This document shows, one piece after another, positions 1-14,119 of a stretch of 64,000 nucleotides of DNA. Location: NCBI RefSeq assembly GCF_009914755.1, contig NC_060936.1, one strand, 5' to 3'. A model generated the notes under the pieces. That model saw nothing but the letters and a program-made list of their open reading frames with translations, was not told where the DNA came from and ran no database searches. Both the position numbers and the translations under genes were made by a program. Position 1 is the stretch's first letter; the number at the start of each line of letters is the position of its first letter. The stretch comes from the human T2T-CHM13v2.0 reference genome, Homo sapiens.

Positions 1-2397
1 TCAGGGTAGCCTCCTTGGTGTTGATTTTCTCCTATGCTTAAGCATCATCTGAAAGTCAAGAAAATGATCGCATCTCTAGTTTTTGTTGTTTGTTAATTTC
101 CTCAGGAAAAACTTGACCTCCTTCTTTCTTATTACGTTGGCATCTGTCTTAAGCCTTTGCCTTCAATTCTTATAGCTTCTTTCAAATTGTATTAAATTTG
201 AAGACTAAGAACCTTCAAAATGACTCACATTTGAATCCTGGACCTACTCCTAAGCTGACCTGTTCTAGTTTTTAAAAATGGATGTGAAATTTTGCTTAGA
301 ATCCTAGAAGTTAAAAATGTGACATCCTACAGAATGCCACTTCATACAGGCAAGTCTGGTGCCCTTAAAGTTAGTTTTACCCTGAGAGGAAAACTTAGAA
401 ATGAATACAAGTTCAAGTTTGCTCAATTTCTTGTTTTGCTTAAAATTTGCCTACATAACACATAAATTCATCAAACTCCTTTCCTAGTGACAATACTTCA
501 TTAGATTACTTTAGTGAGTATTCGGGAGATTTTCATCTTATGAGTCATAAAATTCTTTTATTCCCCAAAGAATTTCCGGTGTCTGATTGGAATTTCACGT
601 CTTTGTAGTTTTAGCTGGACTCTTTGAAGCAGTTACTTCCTAAATGACTGTATTCCTGAGGCCTGCATGTAATACCTGGGGAGCTGGGTCACAGGTTGAC
701 TCCTGTTTTTCAAGAAAATTGAAAAATCAATCTCTTTCATTGCTTTAGTCTTAGTAATTTTATTCAGAAATTTTCTTAAACTTTTTAACCTCCTCCTGTC
801 ATGACAGAGAGGTTTTCACTTGCTGCCTATACAGTTTCCAGCATTAATTTTTTTGTGCCTACTTAGGCCCGTTTCTGTCTATTTCTGTGAATACATCCCA
901 GCGATTTAATGTTAGTATGTTTCTTGCCTTTCCTGTCAGGTTTTCATCACTCGTTTGGTATAAAGGAAAAGGGGATAGAATTACAAATATACTGGACCAT
1001 GTAGCTATCGATGAGAAATGTCTTCAGATATCCTTTTACTTTTTTCTTCTTCTTCTTTTTTTAAAGTTCTTTTTGAAGGAGGTGAAAGTCAGGTTATAGT
1101 GGAAAGCCAGAACCATTGTGTGTTCCTATTTGAAAAATCCTGGGAAGTGAACATGATACTTTTTGACATGCGAGTTTCAGAAATTCTTAGTGATTATTAT
1201 AATACACACTCCGCTTATGTGCAGAGCTTCATCTGCATGCACAAGTCTTTGTGTGTTTTAAAAGATAATGCCTAACTCTTCTGTTTATAAATGGCAGTAG
1301 CTGAGTATGCACAGAAGAGACTGAAGTCTAAGTCTGGATGTGCTATTTGGCTACATTCAAACAGCATGGGACAAACACAAAATGTAAGGCTAGTAGAATA
1401 TTGACACTAACAAATTATTCGGAAGTTGGTTATTAGGAAATCTTTCACTGGACTTCAGTATCTTTGGTTTCTTTAAGAACAAATCTAAAATTTTACCCCA
1501 AAAGCTAGGTAGTTATATATTATTTGTATTATGGCTCCTTCAACACATAACTTTTTTAAACTTTTAAATCAATAAAAGAAGGGATTCTGTCTATAAAACA
1601 CAAAGGAATACACCAAGTTAATGTTTTAGTTGATTAGTATATTATTTTGAGAGTAGAAAAAATCAATGCAAAATTACTTGCTATTCACATATATGCAGAA
1701 AATGTAAGTCCTTGGAATGTAGCACACATTATCATTACATAATCTATATCCATATGCTGTTTATAACAAGCTGAAATGTTATACCCTTGAGAAAAGAACC
1801 AGATTCTGGCACAGGACTGTTTTGTGGCAAGGAAAGATGAATGGATTCCAAAATTTTAAAAGGGGGGAAAAGCTTGATGGTTCCACAAAAAATAAGAGTT
1901 GAAATGGGGATTTAGAGATATATATGTTAACACAAGCTGACAATTAAAGCAATTAATTTCCTTCTTTATCTATATCCCCTCCTAGCTCTTCTAATCCTGA
2001 CTAAGGTAAATGGATTGACTCACCTTTTTAGCAGATGAAGATAGGAACAAAGATATCTGGCATTACAGCCTGTCTCCCCATCCCCCGCCATCCCCATTTG
2101 TAGCTTTTTTTTTTACAGATGTTTTTTTCCATCAGTTAGAATAGTTAGTTCTTAAAGCAGTTAGAGACAGATCTGTACCAGTCAGAGAAGCAGTGGTTCA
2201 AGCCTGTTGGCTTAATTGCTTTGAGTATGTTGCTAATGATGCTGGGGCCACATGTTAGATAGCCAATGTGAGCATTTTTATGCAGTGGAAAAGGTCTTTC
2301 TCCAGACAAATATTGTACCTCTAATCCTTTTATGAGTAAATCTGAGATAAAGGGATTTGTGAATTTGTCAGTGACTCATTAAAAATATATTCTGAGT

Positions 2398-2672
2398 CCC
2401 TTAGGATAGCTATTATTAAAAAACAACAAAATAATAAGTGTTGGAGAGGATGTAGAAAAATTGGAATCTTATACATTACTAGTGGGAATGTAAAATGGTA
2501 CACTTAATGTGAAAACAATATGTCAGTTCCTCAAAAAATTAAACATAGAATTACCATATAATCCAGCAATTCCACTTGTAGTTATATATCCAAAAGAATT
2601 GAAAGCAGAGACTCAAACAAGTATTTTTTCTCCAGTGTTTATAGCAGCATTATTCATAGTAGCCAAAAGGTA
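2398..2672 (+). mobile_element. L1M (L1MB-like) ORF2 3' fragment
   Basis: aagtgttggagaggatgtagaaaaattggaa...aaacatagaattaccatataatccagcaattccact. Confidence 0.8.
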
Positions 2673-3849
2673 TTTTTTTCCTTGACTCTTTTCATTTTAG
2701 TTTCTTCTGTTACAAATTTATCTTTCTTTAAAATTTCTTATGGAGTCATATTCTGTTAAAATTTTCTTTAGAGTGTGAAGTATTTGTGGTTTGATTTCTT
2801 TTCTGTTTTCTGGGATAAAACTTCCAGAAAAAAACTTCATCTTTTTTCTCCAAGTTCCTCTTAGAATTAAAAAAAAATTTTTTTAATTGTCCATGGTATT
2901 CAGTGCAACCACAATTTTCTAATGTCAAATTTCAGTAGTTCTTCTGGTCTCAGTCTTCTGCAGTACCTCACACCATCATGCACAGAATGGTGTGAGGGAG
3001 ATACTTTACACCATGGCCCACAGACCTGGGAATTATCACTCTGGCCTTTCTGAATTTCATCACCCTCCTGCTTCACTGTGATGGTCTTTCTCCAAGGTTG
3101 TTGTATGATATTGATAGCTTTCCTAGCTTTCAGGACTGAGAAAATATTTGTCTTTTCAAAAATTCATTTTGTTTCATTTAGTTTCTGCTTAGGGAAATCT
3201 TTAAGTCTCTACACTGCTCCCTTCCCCAGGGTTGCTATTTGGGTTTATATTTTGCATGTCTCCAAGATTCTCTCTTAGCTTCCTATCCTGCAGCCCAATA
3301 AGAGACGACCCATTCCACTTGTATATCTCTGGTGCCTCACTAGATGTGGCAGTTCAGGTTTTCTGAACCACCTGATCTGCAGGGAGTACTTGATCTCTTC
3401 CTTTATTTTCAAAGATCTTGGCATATTCTTTTGAAATCCTCAGTGGTGGAGAGTCTTTGCACTTTGAGGTGCTTACTTTTCTAAGTGTGAACAAATTACC
3501 CTTGCAGCAGTCTTTTCTGGAATCTTTTGGCTTAAGGGCTCCTCATTTAGTGTATGGGGTCCGTCCTTTCTCCATTTTTTCTTTTTTTGAAAATTAGACA
3601 AGTAGAATCTTACTGTCTGCTTTGTATCCACACCTAGGAGCTAGACCTACACATCTATGTCTACATTTCATTTCAAGCTCTTGACTCAACCCCCTAATTT
3701 CAGTCCAGCTCCTTTGGAATTGGCATTCCTCCTTTGATCCTTCTGCCCCAACTCTGGTGTCTGTCTCCTATAGGATTTGGCTGAGATCTGCCCGTCTACC
3801 TCTGTTCTAGAATATCCTTTAGATCACTTTGTCCACCCAGGGTGCAGGC

Positions 3850-4610
3850 AGTTTAATATCTAGTTGAGAAGATAAGTCTAACATGGTAAGACAACAGACA
3901 ATAATATGAACTATCACCAAGTAAGTTTTATTGTATAATAGGTGTTGATAGGTGTCATAGCCATTCAGAAATAGTGAAGAATATTTATGGAAAGCTTCAG
4001 TGAACAGATGGGACTTGAAAAAGATATTAATAAGCGTTGGGACTTGGAGTTGTAAAAATTCCAGTCCAGTGAAGGAACATGAATGACGGAAGAAGGTGGG
4101 AAGGAGCTTGGCATATGGATGCAACAATGAAGATTTCCTCAAAATACTCTATTTTCCTTCCATTAATGAGATAGTAAATAGGAGGCTCTTAAAGATTGTT
4201 TCCATCTGGAGGTTACTATCATGTAAATACCTTACATTTGTGTGGTGATTAGCTATTTTAAATGCACTGATATAATTATATCATTTGGTCTTTGTAACAG
4301 CTTTGTAAAATCACAGATGAGTAAATCACATCCTAAGTATCTTGCCAGAAATTTCATTGCTCATGCATAGTAGAGCCGGGATCGATTTAGGCAGTGAGAA
4401 TCTTGTGTCTGGGAGACCAGTTAGATGTTATCTACACAGAAAATGGTGAGGCTCCAAGTTTTGATGGTGGCTGTGGAATGGAGAGGAAGGGATGGAAATT
4501 AGAGGTAGACTCCACGGCACTTAATGACTAAGTGGATATAGGAGTACCACATATGTGCTTTGAATATTGGTAACTGAAAGAGTTGTGATGCCATAATTAA
4601 GAGACAGGAA
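3850..4610 (-). mobile_element. L2 fragments with an interleaved MIR (~4230-4395)
   Basis: L2-like gaaagcttcagtgaacagatgggacttgaa and gggagaccagttag...; MIR-like acagatgagtaaa...gtagagccgggat. Confidence 0.55.
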
Positions 4611-5551
4611 CATATATGTAAGTCAAGTCCCTGATTTGTAATTTGAAGCCCATTTCTTTTGTTGTATAAGAGGTGGTAAAGATCTCTTTCTGACTCATTG
4701 CACCTTGTTTAAAATTTTTTGTTGCTTTTCCATCTTTTGGCCAAGATCAAATCTATATTTTAAAATGTTTTTCATATGTTTCAAGACTGTTTTGAGTTTA
4801 CTCTTTAGTATTTTCTCTGCCAGGCTACGTAATCCTAGTTGCTAGTTTATTTAGCCATTTCTATAGGGATGTTTTTAATGCTTTATTATATTTGTGATTG
4901 TTTTCTGAATCTTTGCCAGCTTCTCCACGTGTCTCTCTGATGTTAAATTCAGATTTGGTCATAATATTTTGTCAGAGCTATAGTCTGAGCAATATTGATT
5001 TTGAACAAAGAGTAGTACATCAAGTTTCTTAAAATTTGTACACCTGTTTGTTCACAGCAGTATAATGTTACACTACACTGATGACCCAGATTCAGGTTAT
5101 ATTTTCTATAAAGCACTTTGAAAGATTTTGATAACATTTTGTGGAGATTTCTAGGAAAGATTTGATAGACTTGGAGGCAACATTTCTTCTACTCTGAAAG
5201 GTAAAGGTCTTGACATTCATTTCTCATAAGAAAGGAATTTATCAAAGTAGCAATAAAAGATAAGGCTAGAGTTAGTAACCCAAGGTCTGTGAACCCTGAA
5301 GCTTGGTATATGTATTTGGATTAATTTTTTTCTAGGGAGAGTCCAGATATTTTGTCCATTTTTTCAATAATAGATGTGGCATACAATTAAACTGTATCTT
5401 CCATGCTTTTTCCATTTAATACATCCTACTTAGAAAAGTTAGATAGTGAAAAATGATTATATTCTAGGAAAAGTCATGGTAGTACAGCCCAGGTAGGAAT
5501 GAGAAGTTTCAATATAGTGTCCCTGGAATATTCAGGCATAGGCTTTAGATA

Positions 5552-6025
5552 AGGAGTTCTTAAACTGGGGTCCTTGAATTAAACTTAGAAGATCCATGAA
5601 TTTCGATGGGAAAAAAATCCGTATTTTATTTTCACTAATCACAATTTCCTTGAATTATGATATATGTTACAGATAACCCACAGAAGTACCTATAAGTTTG
5701 TCACCAATAGAAACCACAAATGTTTTCATATCATAATACAGTCATCACAGATATCTCAAAATAACATTTACACTAATTACTACTTCCAAATTATGATAAT
5801 TAGTAGATCCACCATTAAAGCTTGTTATGTAATGTGTTAATAAAGAAGCACATTTTTACTATATAACGCATTTGTTTTTTTTCAGTATTTTGATAGCAGT
5901 ATTTAAAGATCATTTTTCCATTGTAATCCCATATATTTGTTCTCATGCATTTAGAAACATTTTCCTGTAGGCTTTGCCAGACTTCCAAAGGGTCTGGAAC
6001 AACAATAAAAATTCAAGAAACCCTG
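5552..6025. mobile_element. hAT-Charlie non-autonomous DNA transposon (MER113-like)
   Basis: TIR-like ends aggagttcttaaactggggtcc ... caagaaaccctg. Confidence 0.6.
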
Positions 6026-6299
6026 ATTTGAGTGTTATAGCATCATTTCATCATTTCTAGAGTTTTTTAATTCACTGAACATTAAGCAATTCAGGATTTC
6101 ATTACATAATGTTGTTTATTGAGAAGAAAATTTACAAAAATCATTAATCATCTGGTAGAATGTGAACTTTTCTAGCTTTCAGAAATGTTTCTAGCTTCTT
6201 ACTATTTTATTTCTGTTCATCACTAGTTATATTCTGTAATAGACTGTCTCAACTTGTCAACTCTCTGAGCTGCCACAGAGATTGTTTGGTGTAGGATTT

Positions 6300-6500
6300 A
6301 GAAGAAAGAATTTTGGAGACAATCTTGGATTTACATGCCAACTTCACTTAACGGTGCACAGTAAAGTGGCCTTGTGAAAGGTACATAATAATCTCTAAAC
6401 CCCAGTTTCTTTACCTGTAAAATGGGAATAAATAGGATGTGTACACAATATATACGACAATAAATGTAAAGCACTTAGCATAACATCACAAATAATAACA
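6300..6500 (+). mobile_element. MIR
   Basis: ctctaaaccccagtttctttacctgtaaaatgggaata...taaagcacttagca core. Confidence 0.75.
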
Positions 6501-7129
6501 ATAATACTCATTGGAGATGGTCCTGTGTGTGGCCTTATACTTTCTATTCCAGTTTTTCTGAACCTCTTGAGCTAAATAGTGACAGTAATTTTGGTATGGA
6601 CAACTTGAGTAAAGTTTTTGCCCCGTGGACTAAGGGGCCAGAGAGCAGTGTCAAAAAGCATGATGGCAGGATTTTGAATGTGACAGATCATGGAAGGAGT
6701 TTGACTTAAGGAGATTTATGGACTTCAAGAGTAGAGATCGGCATAGCCACTTCTAAGTGTACTCAGCCTTCTTGCTCCCGGAGACTAAGAAGCGGTTAAA
6801 CATCTGAGCTGCATCACTGTTCGTGACAGGAATTTTGGATACAGGAGGCTTTTTCTTATTCTTTATCCTCTTATTCTCTCAGCAAGATCTGGTAGTTCAT
6901 CTGTGTCTGGATTTTCACTACCTGTAGGACTACCAGCTTTTGGATTATATTAATAACCAGGCCTGAACCCAAGTGAGACAAAAAAGAAAAATAACAACAT
7001 ATCTAAGTGAGTCCTGCAGTGAGACAGGATCAGTCTGAACAAATAGACACATATCTGATAAAACAGAGTGCCTACAGTAGACAGACGACAACTAAACCAA
7101 GAAAAAAAAAAGCCAGCTGTCATGACACT

Positions 7130-7608
7130 GTTTGCCTAATCCAGTTATACTCATCCCTTTTGCCAGGGCAGAAGTGAATATTCCCCAGGTGAATAATAAT
7201 TGATCTAAGCCAATCATAAAATTCCATTTCCCTTGTCAGTGGTTGATTTCAGTTGGACAGATGCTCCATTCCTGATCAGTTGGATCTGAGAGATTTTTGC
7301 TAGAAGTTTTGCTAACTAACAAAATGAGACACACTGGCTGAAGTGCTCCCTTTTTCACTAGATGTTGTTTTGTCTGCCTGTGGTGTCTGGAATTACTGTA
7401 GCCGTTGTGTGACCATGAGGGGGATATCACTGACATTGTGAGGAGGGCAGACATTGTCCCTGATGAGATAATTATGCCACTGACTTGACCAACATGGAAC
7501 CACTTAAATATAGATTCCTTGTTATGTGAAACAATAATTCCTTTATTGTGTAAGGCACTTTTATTTGTGTTATTTATTTCTTGCAGCTGAAAAATTCTTT
7601 CTGATACA
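7130..7608 (+). mobile_element. MLT1 (J/K-like) MaLR solo LTR
   Basis: tgatctaagccaatca, gaccatgaggg, cttgttatgtga, ending ttgcagctgaaa...ctgataca. Confidence 0.65.
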
Positions 7609-7669
7609 ATTAAGGGAATTCATGTCTAGTCCCCAAAAAGTGTTTTGGAGATTTGAAAAGATCATGATT

Positions 7670-9960
7670 TCCCACCTAAACAATTCAGTAGGTGAGTTGA
7701 AGGAAGCCACTGCTGAGACCAAAATTTGTTGCCTAGAAGATCAAATGGAAGAATATCTCAAAGCACAGAGCAAAAACACAAAGAGGTATAAATCTTGAAA
7801 GAAAAATTAAGAGACTTGGAAGATAGATCCAGGAGGCTTAACATGCAAATAATCAAAACTTTTTTGGGGGACCTATAGAGGAACTCAAGTCTACAGACTG
7901 AATAGGCTCACTAAATTCTACATAGGATTAATGAGGAAGGTAAAGCCTAGCAAGATGATACTCCCGAACTTTAAGGATAAACACAAAATCTTATAACCTT
8001 CCAAATTTACAATAGAAGTGTTAGGTTAGCATTCAGTTTCTCATCTGCAATCCTGGAAAATAGAAAGACAACAGGATAACATCTACAGATAACATCTACA
8101 GGAGAGGAAGGCAGAGTGGAGGAAAATGAGAGTTTTCCAAAGGCTTTATTTTACTTGGGTGGGAGGAAAGGGAAGCAGAAAAGGGAGGATATAGCATCTT
8201 GATATGGAAGACAATGGGTCTTTATGGAGGAAATGGTATCTGATTTTCCAATAACAGCAGATAATTCTTTGTTTGTGAGCACACACACACACAAAGGAAA
8301 ATCCTGTAATAATGGGCAAGAATGGAATGAATAGGAATTTCATCTGAATAGCAGAAAAAGGGGGACAAGCACAACATAAAATGGACAAATATAAGGAAAA
8401 ATGAAAGGAAAATAGGTATGTCTCTTGTTAAGTCAAATATGAATGAACTGAATTCTCCCATTACAAGACAGATTGTCAGAGATTGAGTTAAGTTCTAGTT
8501 ATTTGCTACTTACAAGAAGCAAACAAAGTATAAAGAAAGCTTTATGGTTAAAACATACTAGGCCAAGGCAAACAAAACAGAAAGCAGAAATGGCAATATT
8601 AATATCAGACGGAGTGAAAATTAAGCTAAAAAGTACAGAGGATAAAGGGGAATTATATGATAATAAAAAGGTACTATTCATGAAGAGTACAAAGCAATCA
8701 TAAACCTACAGGAATAAATTAACATAAATAATAAATATATGAATAAGAATCTTAGAAATGAAAGAAAACTTGATTTAAAAATACATAGTTACGGTGGATA
8801 ACTTTGATCTCTCTCTCAGATTGAGACATATGTGTAGTCAAACTAAATAAGGATAGAGGATAACCCAATAGTACAATCAACTTTTTTTAATAGATGAAGT
8901 ATCTTTCAAATAAAAAACATCTTTCAAATAAGAAATATAATTTTGTATTCTCATGGAACATTAGAAGATGATATATCATGTATGTGGCTACAAGGAAAAT
9001 CTTAAATTTTAGAAAGTAGAGATTTCGTATAGCCCATATTTTTATAATAATCCAATGAAACTAGAGATAAATATCTAACTCTATGGGGTACAATAAACAT
9101 TAAACTTAAAGGAAATGTTGTAATCTTGAATACCTTCATTATTATAGAAAAAAGATGAAAAATAAAGGAACTTTATAAAAAGAACAATAAAAATGCTAGG
9201 AAGATGGGAATAAAGATAAAAGCTAAAACTAATGAAACAGAAAACATCAAACGAGTAGAAAGAATAAGTGAATCCAAAGATGGTTTTTTGAAAGATCAAA
9301 AAAATAGATTAACTCATAATAAACCTGGTTAAAGAAAAAAACCTAGAGCAGAAATATTTATGATATTTACAAAAAAGAAATACAGTGGTAGATACTTGCC
9401 TTTCCTGATATAAGACCAGTCTGTGAAGCCACCATAATAAACTTACATTGGCATAGGGATAGACAAATAGATTAGTAGAGCAGACTCGTAGACAACAGTG
9501 TAAACGACAGTTTATAAACATGGTATTTCAACTCAATCAAAAATGAACAGTTTAAAACTTATTGGTAGCCCCATTGGTATTCTGTTTAGAAGAAAATAAA
9601 ATTATAATACTATAGCATATACTTAGTGAAATTCCTGATTAAGATCTGAATGCAAAACAAACATCCTATATGAAAATATAGGATACTGTATGTATAATTC
9701 AGGGGGAGGAACTCTTTTTAACTAAGTCTGGTAGCCCAGAAACCGCAAAAAAAAGGACAGGCATATTTGAATAAAATAATCAAAAGCAAAGTCAAATACA
9801 GTAACAATAGATATAGAAGAATAATTATAATGCAGATGTTAGTAATTAATATCTGTAATTTACAAAGAACTGTTATCAATTAAGAAGAAAACTGTTATCA
9901 ATTAAGAAAATTAAGAAGAAAACAATTTCTTCTTAATTGTGTGAAACAGCCATTACAAAT
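7670..9960 (+). mobile_element. Old L1M (L1ME-like) relic: ORF1 end plus ORF2 fragments
   Basis: ORF1-like LRDLEDRSRR and endonuclease-like N-N-LNSPI; A-rich strand bias; many stops. Confidence 0.7.
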
Positions 9961-11000
9961 AACAATGCATAAGAATTTAATAATACCTTCCTGAGACTTT
10001 TGTAATTTTTTAAACACTAAAAGGAAGCCAAATATCAAAAGACTATATAATGCTATAATAGTGCTACAGTGCTTTATGTTTGTGGATGCTGACTAAGGCT
10101 TCCAAACTTTTGTGCCACCCAACAGAGATTTCATAGGTGCCCACAGTATACTACCAAGAAATAGTAACCTATGGATTACTCTGGTCTAGTGACATAAGTA
10201 GTAATAAATACTTGAGAGGTGATGTTTATTACAAATATCTGAAATATATACATTGATTGATTGTAATAACATTTTCACAATTTTTGTTAATATTTTCTTC
10301 AGCCCCAGGTTGGCTCACTTATTTAACAAGTTATCTATTTAGTGCCTACTCAGTACTAAGGGGCTATATCTTTTGCCTGTTAATCATTTACCATTTAGTG
10401 GAGTAAGACTTAAATATTACTGCCCAACTGACAAAATAATATGTCAAAGTGTAGGTCATGGATTATATTATGGGTATGCTTGGACCTTTATTGAATTTCA
10501 TTTTTTTTTGGTAACAGAGGTCCGGTGGACACATTAAATATGACTACAGTACCATAGTGTCTTTGCCAAATTTATCCGTCTGAGATTCAACACTCTTCAT
10601 GTGATGACATCTAATTTTAATGCATTTTAAGCTTGTCAGTGGTCAGTTTTAAAGCCATTGAAACCATCAAATTGCAAGGGCTCCTTGTACCTACAGGTCT
10701 TGATGCAGGACCCCGGCTCTATGAACTTAGTTGTAGTTCTCTGAGGTGCTCCTAGAGCTGTCAATATGAGGAGTGGTAAGTAGGTTACCTTCAATGAGGT
10801 TTCCTGGAATGTAGGCAGTTGTTTGGGATTTAGAGAAGACTGTCATCAGGTGCTAAACTCTTCAACAAATATTAATAAGTTACCTGGAGACTCTGTAACT
10901 AATTCGGCTACAAAGACTTGTATCTGTGTATTTTAAAACCAAAGCTACTATTGTCTTTAAATTCCAGATTTCCAGAGTAACAGGAACGTATATAGAAAAT

Positions 11001-11180
11001 TCATTCAACCAAAATGTATTTGAGGAGTTTGGAATACACTGGGAACAAAACAATTATCTTTCCCTTCCTGGAGCTTACATTCTAGCTGGGAAAATAAAGA
11101 CAGGAGACAAAAAGCATAATAAACAGTTATGATATATTAGAAAGTGATACATATGTGACAAAATAGAGCATTGGGGGTTG
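11001..11180 (-). mobile_element. L2 3' end
   Basis: tcattcaacc...ggagcttacattctagctggg. Confidence 0.7.
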
Positions 11181-13007
11181 GCAAAGATTTCCCTAAAGGA
11201 TTTTAAAAAGAAGGGGTGGTAATAGGGTATGCTTTGGTTCGATGAAGGTTCCTTCATGCCTTTTCGATGTAATCTATTAAACAAATTTAATATATTAGGG
11301 AATGTACAGTATTTGCTAAATTGCTTCAATTTTGCCATGTATCTGCCTGCCACAAAGGCAAAACACCATTTGTCATATAAACAATTCTAAGTAATTATTT
11401 TGTCCTAAAATATTTGTTCTTAATAGCTTTTCTGAGCAATCTGTTCTGTTTCTAAAGATAGTTGAAAACTGTATTTTCAAGAATGGTTTTCAGAATTTAA
11501 ATTTTAGTAGGTGGACTAAGTTTTGACATATCATAAAAAGGTGTTGTAGATCAGTGAATGATCATAGAAGATTTATGAAAACAGGGAAATTCAGGTTTAG
11601 CACTTAAAATATATATAATAGAATAAAGATCTAAAGCCTATTCAGAAGTTGGAGAGGTTTCAGTTAGAGAAAAATGTCAGGAGAAAATTTAGATAAGGGA
11701 AAGAATGTTGAGACTTAACTGCCCCTCAGAAGTAATCTTACATTTTCATCAGGTACATATATTTATGAGAGGAATTACTCTGACATTTTTGATAAGTACC
11801 CAACCAAAAAATGTAAGTAATAGTTTGTCTTAGAGTCCCAAATAATGCTTTGTAGTGAATAGCCCTAATTGAGAACTGCAGTTGAATGGATCATTATTTC
11901 ATTTTTAGTCTGAATTGCATGTTGCTGGGAGTAGAATCTGTATTTCTTTGAATTTCCCCATCCTATATCTCACTTGGTATTTTTAAGGTCAGTTAAGCAC
12001 AGTAAATAATCTTTGCTCAGCAAGCAACCCACATCACCATCTTCCTGTCTGATGTAGCTAATAAATTCTAAGCAAACTTCAAACTCCTTGTGAAGCTTCC
12101 TAATGGATGCCTCACTGGACTGAAGAGCTTTTGGAAGCAAAATAAAATAATCATCTAAAGTTGAATGTTTTTGGATCAAGGTTACTAGGTCAACACTAAA
12201 TTTGAAACCATTTTGAGAGACATTTTTTAATGGCACTTAGAAATTATGGCTAAAGATCAGGCTGTTACATGTGATGTAGCTCAGGTCCTTTGATGCTAAA
12301 GGTCTACAACTGACTTCTGTGTAAGATGTATTTTTAAAAACATTAACTGTGATTTAAAGTAGCAAGAGACAGTGTTCAGGCCAGGGAAAATAAAATCTCC
12401 CTCTCCAGGTTTTTGGTTGAAATGGTTTGAGTTCAGTAATTTTATTGAACCTGAAAAAATATTATTAATAGCTGCCTTCACAAAGGGAAATAGGGAAGCT
12501 GGCCCCTGTCAATTCCTGCTTAGGAGTTGCCGAGACATTTTGAGATTGCAAGAAAACTGTGGATGAAATCCATACCAATTAGAGATCCTGTGTGTTTGGA
12601 ACCATTTAAAAATGTTGTGCAGGGCTCAAAGGAATTAGTAAAGCTTGCTGCAGTACAGCTACATTATTAATCTCCAAAGAGAATAGATACCAGATGTTCA
12701 CAGTGCCCAAGGACACCTCAGTGTTCTTGACAGCCTTAGTCATATTGTCCTCAAACAGATTCAAATGCCTGAAATGATTATGGGTGATAAGGCTACACCG
12801 TTTGTACATCTGAACTTGTTAATAATTTTTTGAAGAAATGCACTATTTTTGATAGGCAGGAAAAGTAAACATGATAAATTTGATATTTGTAAAAAAAATG
12901 TCTAAAGCAAAACAGTAGAAATTCTTTGCCTATTTTTAAAAATGTTTTTCCACTTGACCCAGTGATAGCCATATTCAGGCTAAGTGATTATCTTTTTGTG
13001 TGTGCGT

Positions 13008-13125
13008 GCTTAAACAAAATAAATTTACTTCACTGAGTTCTGGAGGCTGGGAAGTCCAAGATCAAGGAGCTCACTGATTCAGTTCCCGGGGAGGGTTCTC
13101 TATCCTGGCTTATAGGCAGTCATCA
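13008..13125 (-). mobile_element. MLT1/MST LTR fragment
   Basis: agttctggaggctgggaagtccaagatcaagg. Confidence 0.75.
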
Positions 13126-13129
13126 TCAT

Positions 13130-13389
13130 TTTTTTTTTCTGATTTTTTATTGTGGTGAAATACACATAAGAAAATTAGCATGTTAACTGTTTTTCAGTGT
13201 ACAGTTCAGTGGTATGAAATACATTCACATTGTTGTGCAACCATCACCACCATCCAACTTCAGAACTCTTTTCATCCTGTAAAAAGGAAACTCTGGACCC
13301 CTAAATAATAATGCTCCTTTCCATCTTCCCACCATCCCCTGGCAACTATCATTCTACTTTCTGTCTCTGTAATTTTGACTGCTCTAAGT
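13130..13389 (-). mobile_element. L1MB 3' end
   Basis: ttttattgtggtgaaatacacataa...cattcacattgttgtgcaaccatcaccaccatc. Confidence 0.85.
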
Positions 13390-14119
13390 GGAAGTTATTA
13401 CCTTTTAATTCAGTCATATATTGTAAATATAATGTAAATAATGAAATATGTGATATTTTCTTTATAATTCATTTAAGAAATATTTCCATGAGCTTGGTGT
13501 TGAAGTTGTAGTAGTTAATAAAGTAATCATGGTCTCATAGTACTTAGTGAAAGAAGCAAACATTAATCAAAAATTACCCATATAAATAAATAATTGCAAA
13601 CCATGATACATGGCTTGGAAAGAAAGTACTACTGGGTGCTGCAAACATGTTTGACCTGGGAACCTGACCTAGAATTAAAGCTCCAGCCATATTGATTGAG
13701 CACCTACTTTGTGTCAAAAAGCAAAACAGATTACAATGGTCATTTAAGGCATTACAGCCATTGACTCTCAGTTTGGTGGACCACAAGATAATTAGGAACA
13801 ACAACAAACAAATTAAAAATAAAATAAAAATCAAAAAGATTCTTGTAGTCTTTCTTCAAATATGGCTTCTGTTCAGTATCCTTTGGAGCATTTGAGTAAT
13901 GCTTAAGTTTTTTTTAACATGTCTAAATATTTTTATATCACTAATTTTATTGCAAAAATTCCATTAGGAAAGTAATATTGTAACATTTGAACACTTCAGA
14001 AAACAGAGAAAGATGGGATGAGTGATAGGGACCTTGATTCCAAATATCTTAAAATAAACCTCATTGTGTTCTTCCTGTAGCCTTCCTTCCCTGCAGGTTG
14101 TAAAAGAGTAGTCTCTGTT

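Noticed and set aside
8075-8100. 13-bp tandem duplication gataacatctaca
   Set aside because: Ordinary slippage in a decayed L1.
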